From the NCBI RefSeq assembly GCF_039654945.1, contig NW_027361810.1, forward strand, positions 3,224,001 through 3,288,000: 64,000 bases of DNA, written 5' to 3'. This DNA is from Dendrobates tinctorius (lineage: Eukaryota). Below, piece after piece: positions 25,236 to 42,210 of the stretch (position 1 is its first letter; the number at the start of each line of letters is the position of its first letter). The notes under the pieces are model-generated. The model was not told the origin of the DNA. It saw only the letters and a list, made by a program, of their open reading frames with translations, and did no database searches. Made by a program: the position numbers and the translations under genes.

Positions 25236-25550
25236 CAGGCTGCTTTGCATAGTGACCCCTGTGTACAATGCCCCCTTAGTAAAGACCAGAAAAATCAGCG
25301 CTAAATATAAAAGTCCGCAACTCAGGAGAAGAGGCAAAGAAAGCGGAATTGTCAGGGAGGCAGCCGGACTAATAAAAGGGTAAAGCGTCCGCTCCTCAGC
25401 GGGGAAAGCTCCTTCGCTCCACGTCTCTGACGATTCCTGCGCAGATAATGGCGCCGTCCGTCGCCCCCACAAGTGCCGCCTCTCATTCTGCCCGATATAT
25501 CGTGTTCAGTGTTTCCAGCTGTTTATCACACATTATTCATTGGCTTTTAA

Positions 25551-25925
25551 ACCTCTCCTGTGTGATACTGACTGCTGAGCCGTGCATCTAATCCTATCCT
25601 GTGTGATACTGACTGCTGAGCCGTGTATCTAATCCTCTCCTGTGTGATGCTGACTGCTGAGCCGTGTATCTAATCCTCTCCTGTGTGATGCTGACTGCTG
25701 AGCCGTGTATCTAATCCTCTCCTGTGTGATGCTGACTGCTGAGCCGTGTATCTAATCCTCTCCTGTGTGATGCTGACTGCTGAGCCGTGTATCTAATCCT
25801 CTCCTGTGTGATACTGACTGCTGAGCCGTGTATCTAGTCCTCTCCTGTGTGATACTGACTGCTGAGCCGTGTATCTAATCCTCTCCTGTGTGATGCTGAC
25901 TGCTGAGCTGTGTATCTAACCTATC
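25551..25925. repeat. 41-bp minisatellite, about 9 copies
   Basis: Unit TCTCCTGTGTGATGCTGACTGCTGAGCCGTGTATCTAATCC. Confidence 0.92.
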
Positions 25926-26908
25926 ATTCCCAGAGAGTTCTGCTCCCTTGCTCCAGGGATCCAGTGTTGAGAACATCACATTAGCAGCAGTCGCAGCATT
26001 GATTATTTGTAACAGGATCAAGTTCAGAATCTGCAAGTATCTTCCATGTGGAGCTCTGCAGACAGAACAGCTCCCTAGAGGGCTGTAAATAACATTACCC
26101 ATGGATTTCACTGCTCATCATTCATTATTATTTATGGTCTCAGTAAGTGACTGAAAAATGAAATAGAATCTGAAAGCGTTAAAACCCCAATAATCTTCCC
26201 AGGACCACCCTGCACCACCCGCAAATCTATGTAACATAAACACGAGCAACATGCGAATAAAACCTAAGTTATTACTTATGTTAGATCAGCTTTATATACT
26301 ATACTTTTCTTTTTCCTTTTATAATAATCAGTAATCAATAATTACTATAATACTGCCCCCTATGTACAAGAATATAACTACTATAATATTGCCCCCTATG
26401 TACAAGAATATAACTACTATAATACTGCCCCTATGTACAAGAATATAACTACTATAATACTGCTCCTATGTACAAGAATATAACTACTATAATACTGCCC
26501 CTATGTACAAGAATATAACTACTATAATACTGCCCCTATGTACAAGAATATAACTACTATAATACTGCCCCCTATGTACAAGAATATAACTACTATAATA
26601 CTGCCCCTTATGTACAATATAACTACTATAATACTGCCCCTATGTACAAGAATATAACTAGTATAATACTGCCCCTATGTACAAGAATATAACTAGTATA
26701 ATACTGCCCCTATGTACAAGAACATAACTACTATAATACTGCTCCTATGTACAAGAATATAACTACTATAATACTGCCCCTATATACAAGAATATAACTA
26801 CTATAATACTGCCCCTATGTACAAGAATATAACTACTATAATACTGCTCCTATGTACAAGAATATAACTACTATAATACTGCTCCTATGAACAAGACTAT
26901 AACTACTA

Positions 26909-28541
<1,633 letters not shown>

Positions 28542-29107
28542 TATAGTACTGCTTCTATACACAAGACTATACTATAATACTGCCCCCTATGTACTAGAAT
28601 ATAACTACTATAATACTGCCATCTATGTACAAGAATATAACTACTATAATACTGCTCCCCATGTACAAGAATATAACTACTATAATACTGCCCCTATGTA
28701 CAAGACTATAACTACTATAATACTGCTCCCTATGTACAAGACTATAACTACTATAATACTGCCCCCTATGTACTAGAATATAACTACTATAATACTGCTC
28801 CCTATGTACAAGAATATAACTACTATAATACTGCCATCTATGTACTAGAATATAACTACTATAATACTGCTCCCCATGTACAAGACTATAACTACTATAA
28901 TACTGCTCCCTATGTACAAGAATATAACTACTATAAAACTGCCCCCTATGTATTAGAATATAACTACTATAATACTGCTCCCTATGTACAAGAATATAAC
29001 TACTATAATACTGCTCTCTATGTACTAGACTGTAACTACTATAATACTGCTCCCTATGTACAAGAATATAACTACTATAATACTACTCTCTATGTACTAG
29101 AATATAA

Positions 29108-29727
29108 GGCCGGGGTCACACTGGCGAGGAATACGGCCGAGTGAGAGGCGCTAAAAGCACGCACTAGACACGGACCAATGATTCTCTATGGGGTCCCTCG
29201 CACCAGCCGTATATATTTCTCATCCGTATTCTACGGTCCATGCCAATCGCAGCATGCTGCGATTGTCAGCGTACTATGGCCGTAGTACGCCAATGCAAGT
29301 CTATGGGTGCGCAAAAAATACGGATTACACACGGACCACACATGTGACTTGCAAGAAATACGCACCCGGTGTCTTTTAGCAAAGCCGGCAATTCAGTGCA
29401 CGATACAGTAAACTCACACTGACAGTTTTAATAAAGAAATGAAAGAACAGATATATACACATAGAATGCCTATATATATATATATTTTCATTCTATGTGT
29501 CTATATCTAATCTTTGATTTCTGTTATAAACCCTGTCATAGGGCTCCATTATATGTCCATTTTGCAAGCCTGCGAGAAAATCTCGCCATACGGATGCTCA
29601 CATGCGCAAAATACGCGACCGCACCTTGCTTACGGATGACCTACGAAGCACTATTTAGGGGTCATTCATCCGTATTTCGCCTGTAAACTGAGGACCGTAT
29701 TTTGCGCAGGTTAGTGTGACCCCGGCC
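29108..29727. mobile_element. PIF/Harbinger-type MITE, 620 bp
   Basis: TAA|GGCCGGGGTCACACT ... AGTGTGACCCCGGCC|TAA. Confidence 0.9.
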
Positions 29728-30356
29728 TAACTACTATAATACTGCTCCTATGTACAAGAATATAACTGCTATAATACTGCCCCCTATGTGCAAGAATATA
29801 ACTGCTATAATACTGCCCCTATGTGCAAGAATATAACTACTATAATCCTGCCCCTATGTACAAGAATATAACTACTATAATACTGCCCCTATGTACAAGA
29901 ATATAACTACTATAATACTGCGCCTATCTACAAGAATATAACTACTATAATCCTGCCCCTATGTACAAGAATATAACTACTATAATACTGCCCCTATGTA
30001 CAAGAATATAACTACTATAATACTGCTCCTATCTACAAGAATATAACTACTATAATACTGCTCCTATCTACAAGAATATAACTACTATAATACTGCCCCT
30101 ATGTAGAAGAATAGAACTACTATAATACTGTCCCATGTAGAGACGAATCTGAAGCGTTGGGACTTTCTAGATCAGAGTTGCTCCCTCTTTCTCGGTGACA
30201 CAGGACTCCGTTACCTTGACGTTGTTCTGTTTTCGTTCTCTGCTCCGGATTCTTTCAGCCTCCTGTGGATTTTTCTTGCTATAAATATAAGATCCCTTTA
30301 ACCTCTTGGATTTGGAATAAGCGGCGACACTTCCCTGCTGCAGACGCTTTTACTGT

Positions 30357-30362
30357 TTTATT
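30357..30362 (-). promoter_or_regulatory. Candidate MRAS polyadenylation signal (3' UTR about 1.25 kb)
   Basis: TTTATT on +; U-rich 3'UTR-like sequence on - between the stop and this site. Confidence 0.45.
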
Positions 30363-31148
30363 CCCTAGAAATAAGTTAATACATTCACATGGAAAAAAAA
30401 TTAAAAAAGTAAAACACAAGTCAGTGGAATGACATCTGCGTTCCTTTTACCCACTGTCTCGTAATTCTCATCGGATTTTGTGTCTCACGAAAACGCTACT
30501 TGACAAGTCCTCATACAAATTAAAACACACAAGGAAGAAAAGGGCCTTTTCATTCCTTGTGGCCTGGCTTGGCCCGGTGCCAGGCTTTGACACATTGTCT
30601 GGGGTTCCCCCCAACTGGAATGTATACTCCCTCCCAAAATTCTTATTCATTTCGGATGGGCTGGTTAACCCTTTAAGTACTGGCCTATGGCTTTCAGACA
30701 TTCGGTAAGCACCAGAGAGACAGTCACAGGATAAGAAGTTTAAAAAAAAAAAAAAAAAAAAGTGCTTTATGGCCAATTCATTTACAAATGAAGGAAAATG
30801 CTGATAAAAAAAGATACAAAAACAAATCCTCCAGTGGTCCAGGTCCTTAGAAAAGAAGAAGCAAAGTTTGTAATCGTGGCTGAGACCATGTAACATAGCA
30901 CCAGGATGGGCGTCTCTAGAGGGCTTCTGGGGGGCCACAGGCATCCTGCTGCTCCTGGGTTATTGTGGGTCTGCGGTGAGCAGCAGGGTCCTTGCCCCAC
31001 GTCGGGGGTCTTCCAGCGCAGTTTCTCTACCTTACATTATTCAAGTGTGTATGGTCCTTTGTGTTGTGTATACACTGCATCCGAATATTTAGTTTTTCCC
31101 ATAGGGGATGGGAGTTCATGATGAGAAGTACTAAATACTTAAAAAGTG

Positions 31149-31149
<1 letters not shown>

Positions 31150-31186
<37 letters not shown>
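31150..31186. repeat. (TA)n microsatellite in the MRAS 3' UTR
   Basis: Direct reading. Confidence 0.9.
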
Positions 31187-31189
<3 letters not shown>

Positions 31190-31600
31190 TTGGGGTGTTG
31201 TGGCACTTTAAGACCATCAGCGGTGCGCGCTCTGGCAATGCAGTGGTTAATGCCGGAATCTCTGATCTTCTCCCCATTCAGCAGCCAAATGTCTCCAATC
31301 CCTTAGGATCTGACTCCTTCCAACATGAAAAAAAAGTAAATTCCTGCCACAGAAACTTCAAAGAAATGTACCACATTATACAGGAATAAATACATCCACA
31401 GTCCAACAAGTGGGGGAGGGGGTCTCAGTCTGACCCATCTCATTGGGGGCATTGCCCACCTTCTCTGGTCGGGAGCGGTGATCTGCCCAGACATCGCGGG
31501 CTCAGCCCTAGCATCAAGTATTGGATCTGGCAGCCCCCAGGTCGCTGCGGGTCCCGGACAGGCAGTGCTCATGCTCGGCAGTTCTGGCAATGCCCAGGTG

Positions 31601-31700
31601 TCACAAGATCACACAGAACGGCCGGTGAGTGCCCGTCCCGCGGTCGCCTCGCCACTTGGTGTTCCTCTTCTGTTTGTGACTCTTCTCTGGAAGCTGCTGC
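31601..31700 (-). CDS. MRAS: M-Ras coding exon 5 (hypervariable region, CAAX)
   Basis: (R)[32 protein letters not shown]; 100 nt; acceptor ACAG|. Confidence 0.93.
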
Positions 31701-31959
31701 CTGTGAAACATTGTAACAAAAGGAAAACGTTTAACATTCTACAACATTGATACTTTATTGTTTCACTAGCGTCTGTCAATGTGGAGGCTTGGCTGCCGCA
31801 GTAGTGATGGCACATTGTAGCCAGCATACAGTATGGTATATCTACACAAAAATGCTGCAGTATAAAGCATGGAGGAAGCAGAAACTATCAGCTGTCTCGT
31901 GGAAGAAGTAGCAATGAGAACAGGGCTGAAATCATCCTGTATGTGATGAGCGCATCTTA

Positions 31960-32154
<195 letters not shown>

Positions 32155-32477
32155 TCACATTGCAAATGTATGGATTTTAGCAAGCAATAGGTAATGCACC
32201 TTCCTCTTCCCACAGTTTGGGATCTCTGATTGTTGTCATGCAATGGAAAGAGATTAACTCAGCTCTCTTGAAAAGTGAACAGGAGGTTGTCTGAGATTTT
32301 TTGCCCTATTGCTCATCTGCAGCTTCTTCCCGCAGAGTTTGGAGGGGCCTGGGTTTACAGGATGAGGGGGGAGGGGGGAGACGGTGTTGCAGCCAGAAGT
32401 CTCACAGCCAGACACAGGATTGTGGAGGGGGCTGCCCCTGCATTTGCGCAGCACTTTGTCATCGCCCCTGCACTTAC

Positions 32478-32577
32478 GTTGTGTTTTACTGCCATCTCTT
32501 TTCCTTGCTCGCTTGATATTTTCCTTAAGTGCATCAGATCAACTTTGTTTGCAACTAAAATCATTGGGAACGATTCT
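32478..32577 (-). CDS. MRAS: M-Ras coding exon 3
   Basis: [33 protein letters not shown]; 100 nt; canonical splice sites. Confidence 0.95.
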
Positions 32578-32816
32578 CTGAAACAAGAAAAAAAAACAAA
32601 CATCATAACATCCAAATCCTGACTGACAGCCTATATTTAAAGGGATACCATCCCTTTAATTACATCCTCTGATTGGAGTGGTGTCAGCTGAATTAAAGAA
32701 TCTCCACAAATTATAATAATTCAGAGATCTGGATTATCACCACATGCTTTGTAAAATAAATCCCTTTTAATAATTCGCCCTGCCCCCCCACATCCGGCTG
32801 CCACTCTCCATTCTTA

Positions 32817-33071
<255 letters not shown>

Positions 33072-34035
33072 TCACAATGATTTTCACGGCATCAGGACTT
33101 TAGATTCTTCCTCCCCAGAAAGAGCCACGTACGCCGCCGCTACCCACCAACTACTGCACTGCTATGAAGTGCTGACAAATACTACGGCGTTCCACCAATT
33201 CCGGGAAAGGGTTTGATACATTGTGTATGACAAGTCTGGAAGACACACGTGTTACTGGGGTCCTTCCCCCATGCTTTACATTGCAGCTTTACACCATTTT
33301 AGCACAGATCTCATCTACATTGACACATGGAGTCTGAAGTAGCCAGAATTCTACATATTGTCTCAGCAGAGGTCCAGATTGCTGCATTATCGCCTACCCA
33401 TCCTTGCACAATTAGAGCACAGCTATTATTTTAGCTGCATTGTCGAATGGAGGCAGCCCAAATACGGTCTCACCCATGGCCCGGATTGCATCTCCCCACC
33501 CATGCTTTACACTGCAGCTCGGCTTGATCAGATTAGCTGCTGTGTATAAGCAGAAGAGCACAGGAGGTGAGTGCATGAAGATGTCAGTTTAGAGCAAAGA
33601 CAAAAAGATCATAGACCCCAAGAAATATGCTGAAAAATGAGGGGTGGCGCCAGGAGGGTCGGGGCATTGGCGCAGCTTGAGCTTCATTACTCAGAGCAGA
33701 GGAGGCTTATAATCTGGGATTTTACACCTTCTTTTACCCTTTGGATCACATGTCAAACTCTGGCCATCAAGGGGAGTATATTTGACCTGCGGTGCCAGAC
33801 GGCACCCCCCACCCGACTTCGAACCTTAAACTATAATCAAATAATGGAGATCGGAGCATCAGCTGACTCTTCCCCCATCATTCTTCCTCTGTGTCGGATA
33901 TCTCACCGCAGCGGGCGCAATGACGTTATTACAAAGCGCCCGCTGTACCGAGATGTGCAGAGGATCTGAAGTCAACATGAAGAGACCGGAGCACAGGGAG
34001 AACGGGCAGAAGTGGTTTTATTTTTAAATGTGAGC

Positions 34036-34625
34036 CCCATTATACTGTATGAAGGACTATGTGTGTGGGGTGCATTATACTGTATGGAGGACTATGTGGG
34101 GCCATTATACTGTATGGAGGACTATGTGGGGCCATTATACTGTATGGAGGACTATGTGGGGCCATTATACTGTATGGAGGACTATGTGGGGTGCATTATA
34201 CTGTATGGAGGACTATGTGGGGTGCATTATACTGTATGGAGGACTATGTGGTGCCATTATACGGTTCTGTATAGAGTGCTATGCTGGGCCATTATACTGT
34301 ATGGAGCATGATGCAGGGCCCACTGTACTGTATGGAGGGCTATGTGGGGCCATTATACTGTACTACATAGAACACGATGCAGGGCCTTTATTCTGTATGG
34401 AGGACTATGTCAGGCCATTATAATCTCTGGAGCACTATGCGGGGCCCAATATACTGTATTCATGACAATGTGGGTCCCATTATACTGTACTGAAGGCAAC
34501 GCAGGGCCCATTATACTGTACTGAAGGCAATGCGAGGCCCATTATACTGTACTGAAGGCAACGTGAGCCCCATTATACTGTATGGAGCATGATGTGGGCT
34601 CCATTATACTGTATGGAGGACTATG
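34036..34625. repeat. 30-bp minisatellite, degenerating towards its 3' end
   Basis: Unit CCATTATACTGTATGGAGGACTATGTGGGG. Confidence 0.88.
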
Positions 34626-35675
34626 TGGAGATTACAATTGGAGAATCATACTGTGATGGGGTCACCATAGGGTCAGCACACCGTGGGTGCGGAGGTTACT
34701 GTGGGGATACTTGTGTTTTCATCACACTTTAATACCTGTATTAATCAAAGATTATCCTTCGTTATTACAGATTTACATTCGGTCATCTGCTTTTTACTGC
34801 TCTTGCATAACATACTATATTGTTCTATATCTTATTCTACGATCTATTAATTAATATACACTTTGTTCAGGGGACAAACTAAGTTTGTTGCAATATTAGA
34901 AACGCCATTGTTATACGTAATAAGGAAAAACGTCCTCAATTGTAGGCATTAATAAATATCAAGGTCGGCTGAGACTCAGTCCAAGCTTTGAGTTCTGTCC
35001 CCGTGTATTTATTTCGTCCCTGCTGTAGATGGATCAGATCCTTCCGATCGTCTCTGGATATTTCACAATCTGCAGCTCTTCACTTGCCGGCACAGGTCGC
35101 CGCTGGGTGCGGCCGGACTTGTGATGACGTATTAAGGAGCGGTTGTGATAAAAAGGAGAACTTACAAATGTGAAACTGACGGCATCTTGGCATGGACACC
35201 TTATAATGAACAGCAGGCTTAACCCCCTCAGCGCTGAGCTGGCCTCCGCATCAATGCTGGAAGCCCTGCAGGCGGCATCGTCCACTGCAGCTCCGGCTCT
35301 CAGTCAATGGCAATGATCCCAAGGCCAAACGCACTGTAGTCAGGACTGAAGTGAAAAACTGAGAAAGTTCTCTCAACTCTGTAGGATTGTTGGTTGTGGA
35401 CAAGCTATAAATCGCAAACACACCAACCTTTATATTCCTCCAAGATAATGATGGAATAACAGACACGTATCAGAGGACAAAGCGTTAGTGACGGTCTCAT
35501 CTTTAATAAATGTTGGTTTTCTGTTAAAAAATGAATGGATATATAATTCTATAGTTTACTGCTCGTTGCTTATGCTGCCGACCTCTTCTGCAGAGGTGGC
35601 CAGTTTCCTGGGCAAGGAGTGTAATGCTTACAAGCTCTACGCCCTGAAGCAGGACCCATAGAGAGATCAGTGTCC

Positions 35676-35796
35676 CTCTGCGGCAGAGGCACAGCCACCA
35701 CTGCGGCAGAGGCACAGCCACCACTGCGGCAGAGGCACAGCCACCACTGCTGCAGAGGCACAGCCACCACTGCTGCAGAGGCACAGCCACCACTGC
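35676..35796. repeat. 23-26-bp tandem repeat
   Basis: CTGCGGCAGAGGCACAGCCACCA, 4-5 copies. Confidence 0.8.
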
Positions 35797-37386
35797 TAGG
35801 AGCAGCTCAACTATGCCGACTGCCAATAGTCAGGCACGCCTTGCCCCCTGGCAAGCAGGACGGAGGGGAGCGGTGCGTTCCTGAAGAAAAACGTCAATAT
35901 ACAATTTTAAACATCTCTGCCAGCTGTCAGTGAGTGGAGTCTTCCTGCTTATACTTTGAGGTTTAGCTACAGTGTATCCAGTGCAAGGGAGAATTCTCTC
36001 TCCGGTCTTCAAGGTTTGTTCTAATGTATCACGTCAGGTAAGACGCATCAGGCTGGGGTCCGAGGTGCGTCACTCACAGAAGATTGCACGGACTGAATAA
36101 AACTATAGCAAATCTTCAGCAATGAGGGTCTTTTCCCCTGTATATAAAGAACACTGCTGCCGTCCATTCCAAGCAGCATTCTCTAAAATGGTGAATCAGA
36201 GCACAACGTATATTCAAGACAAACGCTGCTGGCAAAGCAGAAAACCCATCTGCCCACATCACAGGCTCAGCCAGATATTGTACAATGTAGAGTTAACTCG
36301 TTTTCCATCTACAGCTGAAGTTCTGGTACATCAGCTGCCTGGATATCAGACTGATACAATGTAACAAACTCTCAGGCCAGGAGAAGGTTCATGCTGATGG
36401 GTTTACTCCCAGGATGTAACATAAAATGCTCCATCTACTGACAACAAGCAGAGATCTTGAAATGAGACATTAAGACATCGATCAGTTATTAGCACAGCTT
36501 CCATAACTCTGCTTAATAACAAGACTTTACTGTGTAACTGAAGTCTCACAGGGGGAGGAGGAAACAAATAGTAGATTTGTGTCAGTGTTACCCCCATGTC
36601 TTCTCCGTCAGGGGCTCCAATGTCGCAGGTAGTGAGCGGCTACATGAAAGCGATTAGTGGCGGTTGTCAGATCAGATTTAGGGCAGGATGTTCAGCAGGG
36701 AAACGTGAGCGGGGTTGTCAGGCTGTATTATAGGGTGGTGATGAGAGGCGGACTGGCGGGGGAGGCCGCGCCGGTGGAAAGTATCAGCCACACTGACAGC
36801 TTGTCAATCACCACCCCTGCCACAGGGCTCTCAATGCATTACTAAAGCTCTGGTGGATCTATATACTATAAATGTACAGAAATGCAGAGATCTTGTACTC
36901 CAGTCCCTCCCAAAGCTGTCACAGATCTGGCTGTGGCACCATCGCAATACTCGCTGGTTCAGGGCGCACTGCTGTGACTCTGGAGATTTCCACATCGGCC
37001 TCCCGTCTTGCAGAAAGCATCATTTTTGTATAGCGCTCGTGGATTCAGGGTCACTGACAGCAGAATGGAGAATGCAGCTTTGAGTGTGACTAGAGTACAA
37101 GACATGATGCAACTCGAAATCATCACAAAGCAAGTGAAACCATGCTGCGGACCGCTTTACACCCCGTGCAGCATGTGCTCTACTCATAAATCTGCAGATG
37201 CTTTGAGGACACGATGGGGTTGAAGCTTTGTATGTGATCATCGGCTGCGAATATCGGCCCTTGTGCTGATCACGTAATGGATCGGATTTTGTAGGAAAAC
37301 CCTATGACAACTCCTCCAGACCCACCACATTCTAACACAACTATCCAACTGGAAAGGCAAATCTGCCCCCAAATCCCCCCGAATTA

Positions 37387-37749
<363 letters not shown>

Positions 37750-39291
37750 TTACACAACCCGACTATGAGAAACCAGCGAGAGGAACGGCACAATGAGACT
37801 CATGATAAGACCCCCGGCTGTGGGGAAAGCCGGTACCCCGGACTGTCCAATGGCCGATTACTGGGACATTACTGTAATGTGAGGAGAGCGCCGGGCTCAG
37901 GTAAGGGCGCGTTCTCACAGCGCAGGAACGTTGCTGTTTATGACATAAAAATAAAAAAACAAAAACTCGCAATCCGACCGCGCCATGTGAATGCGTCCTA
38001 TTTCTATTGTGATCGGGATCTTTACAGATAGAAAACCCCGCAAGAGATAAAATGCACGGGGACGACTAAGGGACCGACGGAGGTTCACACAACAGAGAGC
38101 GGCAGATTTATGGGGTTCTCGGAAAACGGAGAGAAAAAAACCCGAAATAAAGCAGAGTCATTGGAGATCATATGCCTTCCCATGGCGCAATGTTCGGAGG
38201 GTCCTCACCACAATCACGATCTGGAGACTCGTCACCAATCAGCTGATAAAGTCTCCCCTAGTGATCGACAGTAACTGCTCGGCACACCTGGTGTACGCTC
38301 TGTTTCCCTGCAGTGCCCCCGCAGGGATAATGAGGCATTACACCATTCTCCATCATATCAATGGTTTGTCTGGGAAAGCAGGAAACGAAAAGTCCTCCAG
38401 AGAAAGATGGACGTCATCATTAGTCTCCACTCAACCCAAGAGGAAGTGCTCAATACTGGAAACCATCGATTAACACAGAAATCCTAGAAGGAATTGTCCC
38501 CCATTCTATAACTTACTAATAACTGGGGGTGCGGCCAGGAATCCCAAGAACAAGGCTCAGCAGAACGGAGGTACGCATGCTTCACCTCGGCTTCCTTCCC
38601 GGTCTATGAGAGTGCTGGGGAAAGCCGAGTACAGCACCCCACAGTGGAGTATGCACACCTCCGCTCCATTCATTGTCTATGGGACTAATGGAGATAGGAA
38701 GCCAAGAGCACAAACCTCTGATAACACAGGATGAGAGCAACGGGCCCCATCGCCCTACAGCCTGGCCGACCACCCAGTCACCAGGTGCACACGGGTTAAT
38801 GCTCCATCCATGGCGAGCCTCGACGAATTCCACACGGACCATCAGAAATTCTTCAGACGCACATTCCCAGAGAAGCAATTCTTGTATCTGTGGCAACGTG
38901 TGATGTCTAAATTGCTTAATCCCATTACACCCCCTCCTCTGCAAAAGGAAAATAGCAGCTGCAGAATCTCTGATATCTGAACATCTCACCCCAGAGAGGA
39001 GAACATTCAGATAAAAGATCGGAGACCCCCCGAGGGGAAGAAACACCACATCCCCCCCATGTGTCATATTATAAACCCCTCATAGAATTCTCAAATTCTG
39101 ACCTCGTTTCTCTAAAATATCAGAAGAAACAATTGGGAAACCAAGAAGACGGAAGATGACGCATCTCAGAGAAAGGTGAAGCTGCAAAACCTGTGGTCAA
39201 TCCAACAAGTAACGTCATAATACAGGAGCAGCAATGAGCCGATATAGCGAGAGCGTGAAACGCCCCAGGCACGGGGCAGACATCCACGGAC

Positions 39292-40277
39292 CAGTAGTTA
39301 TATTCCTGTACATAGGAGCAGTATTATAGTAGTAATATTCTTGTACATAGGGGGCAGTATTATAGTAGTTATATTCCTGTACATAGGGGGCAGTATTACA
39401 GTAGCTATATTCTTGTACATAGGGGCAGTATTATAGTATATTCTTGTACATGGGGGCAGTATTATAGTAGTTATATTCTTGTATACAGCGGCAGTATTAT
39501 GTACAAGAATATAACTACTATAATACTGCTCCTATGTACAAGAATATAACTACTATAGGAGCAGTATTATAGTAGTTATATTCTTGTATATAGGGGCAGT
39601 ATTACAGTAGTTATATTCTTGTACATAGAGGCAGTATTATAGTAGTTATATTCTTGTACATAGAGGCAGTATTATAGTAGTTATATTCTTGTACATAGAG
39701 GCAGTATTATAGTAGTTATATTCTTGTACATAGAGGCAGTATTATAGTAGTTATATTCTTGTATATAGGAGCAGTATTATAGTAGTTATATTCTTGTACA
39801 TAGAGGCAGTATTATAGTAGTTATATTCTTGTACATAGAGGCAGTATTATAGTAGTTATATTCTTGTACATAGAGGCAGTATTATAGTAGTTATATTCTT
39901 GTACATAGAGGCAGTATTATAGTAGTTATATTCTTGTACATAGAGGCAGTATTATAGTAGTTATATTCTTGTATATAGGAGCAGTATTATAGTAGTTATA
40001 TTCTTGTACATAGAGGCAGTATTATAGTAGTTATATTCTTGTACATGGGGGGCAGTATTATAGTAGTTATATTCTTGTACATAGAGGCAGTATTATAGTA
40101 GTTATATTCTTGTACACAGGGAGCAGTATTATAGTAGTTATATTCTTGTATATAGGAGCAGTATTATAGTAGTTATATTCTTGTACATAGGAGCAGTATT
40201 ATAGTAGTTATATTCTTGTACACAGGGAGCAGTATTATAGTAGTTATATTCTTGTATATAGGAGCAGTATTATAGTA
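39292..40277 (-). repeat. 35-bp satellite (family B), reverse orientation, in MRAS intron 1
   Basis: GCAGTATTATAGTAGTTATATTCTTGTACATAG repeats. Confidence 0.95.
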
Positions 40278-40458
40278 CTAAAGTGCTTTCTTTGAAAGTT
40301 TTATGGAGAATCTGGTGTAGGAATCCTAGGGTACACGTTATGATATTTTACGCCCCAAGCTGTTCGTATCCAGGTACTGTACAGAATGCTCCTGCATTTT
40401 CCTGATGTATGGATCGGTGTCTCCATCCCGTTGCTTCCATGCTCCACTCTCTATTTTA

Positions 40459-40649
40459 GGGCTCACACTCACTTGAGAGAAACTCAGATAAGTCTCCCAC
40501 CTCAATACCCGGCACTGCCGACAGCACTCAGGACCAGAACATTCAGCTGCATAGAAATACATGGAGCTGAACGCTCCAATCCGAGTGCCGGTGGCAGTGC
40601 CGGGTATTGAGACGCGAGAATCATCTGAGTTTCTCTCGAGTATGAGCCC
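40459..40649. mobile_element. Small palindromic MITE (Harbinger-like)
   Basis: TTA|GGGCTCA ... TGAGCCC|TTA; internal inverted arms CTCAATACCCGGCACTGCC / GGCAGTGCCGGGTATTGAG. Confidence 0.7.
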
Positions 40650-42210
40650 TTACAGTGGCGCTTTATTCCGCTCAGCAACTGTCAGCATGAAATGGCCTAA
40701 TTCACTTCTGATTCATGATTTAAGAACGCAATAGCTAAAAAGCTGAAATGTGAGTGAACGATACTGGAGGATCAGGCGGGGAAGGAGGAAGGAAAATGAA
40801 AACTATGAATTGTTAATGAACTGTTTACACCACCTCCTCCATCCATTAACCACCGATACTGCCGATAGAGTCTCACTCCAATATTTCATATTAATGTTAC
40901 TGGAGATTGACCTCAAACTGACAGAAACCACAGCCAGGTCTACCCTTATATGCCCCATAACATACATTGGAATAACAAAGTGGCTGTGAAGAGGTGTGAA
41001 ACAGACATTGCTGTGCAGCCATGACATCCTGTATTATACCCCAGAGCTGCACTCATTATTCTGCTTGATACTTGTGAACATGCACTGGGTGGGGTTTTTT
41101 TTTTTTTTTTTTGAAAGTTTAATCTAGCATTTTTCTTGCCATTTGTACCTGTTTTTTTTTTGCACCTCTCCCACAGTCACTCTCCTCTCAGCAATCTGTC
41201 TCCTTCACTCGAGCCCTCGATTCTCTCAATCCTGATATTCGGTTCACAGAGACGTGGCACAGATCTGAACGCTTCTTTCCAGCCGCCTAAGATCCTTTCT
41301 ACATTCAACTGGCACAAATGTTAATTAGATCTCTGAGCACTGGATGTTCTGATGGATCGTGGAAGAGAATGGCGCTAATTGCTGTCTGTTAGCCGAGATA
41401 CGGAACGTTAACCCTCTCCTGGCCTCTAGGAGGCCACATGGCAGCACCGCCTTGTAACCAGCTGGCACCACATTCCGCCACTGCTCAGGTACACAGTATT
41501 CTTCATGTGATACAATGTAGCACGGTGCAGCCATCATTGTAAGCTACAGAGCACAGGTCGCTACCGCTCCAATAATATTCAGAAAGGTCGAAGTTGTGCA
41601 ACTCTCTTTACATTGCATCACGCTTGCTCCAGTCACATCCAGAGCTGCATCACAATTTACCTTTATATGCATTTGAAGATGCGGCTTGTTCTCTGGATGG
41701 AGGATGCTGGGTGGTGAGATATGTCATTTCTCTTCTGACTGTCCATATGAGGTCATACCTTACATTATTATTAAAAGGAGCATTTAAAGGGAATCTGCCA
41801 CTGTCTTTGCGGTCATGGGCCACAGGATGTAGGGGCAAAGACCCTCATTTCAACAATGTGTCACTTATTGGGCTCCTTGCTGCAGTTTTGATAAATCCCT
41901 GTGTTTTCCCGCTGCAGTTCTAGCAATTTTTTTGAATGCGGAGTAATGTATAACCTGCCTCTGATTGACAGCTCTCTTGTACACAGTGCATAGGCAGAAA
42001 GCAACCAGTGTTGGTGGAGGTGTTATACAGAGCTCCAGGGCCGGTTTAGAGAAAGTGGGGCCCCAAATGCTCACATATCTCACATCACACAAACATTTCG
42101 GTTGTATTTAAAGGTGCAGAGTTCAGACTGTTAAACAAGCGTGATTGACAGCATTGAAGTCGTTTGATGCTTGTTCCCACGATTCTTTACACCAGCTGAG
42201 GAAGAATGAT

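Noticed and set aside
22777-25383. 868-aa ORF and overlapping ORFs in all three + frames
   Set aside because: The 25-bp unit lacks + strand stops, so all frames are open; not evidence of coding.
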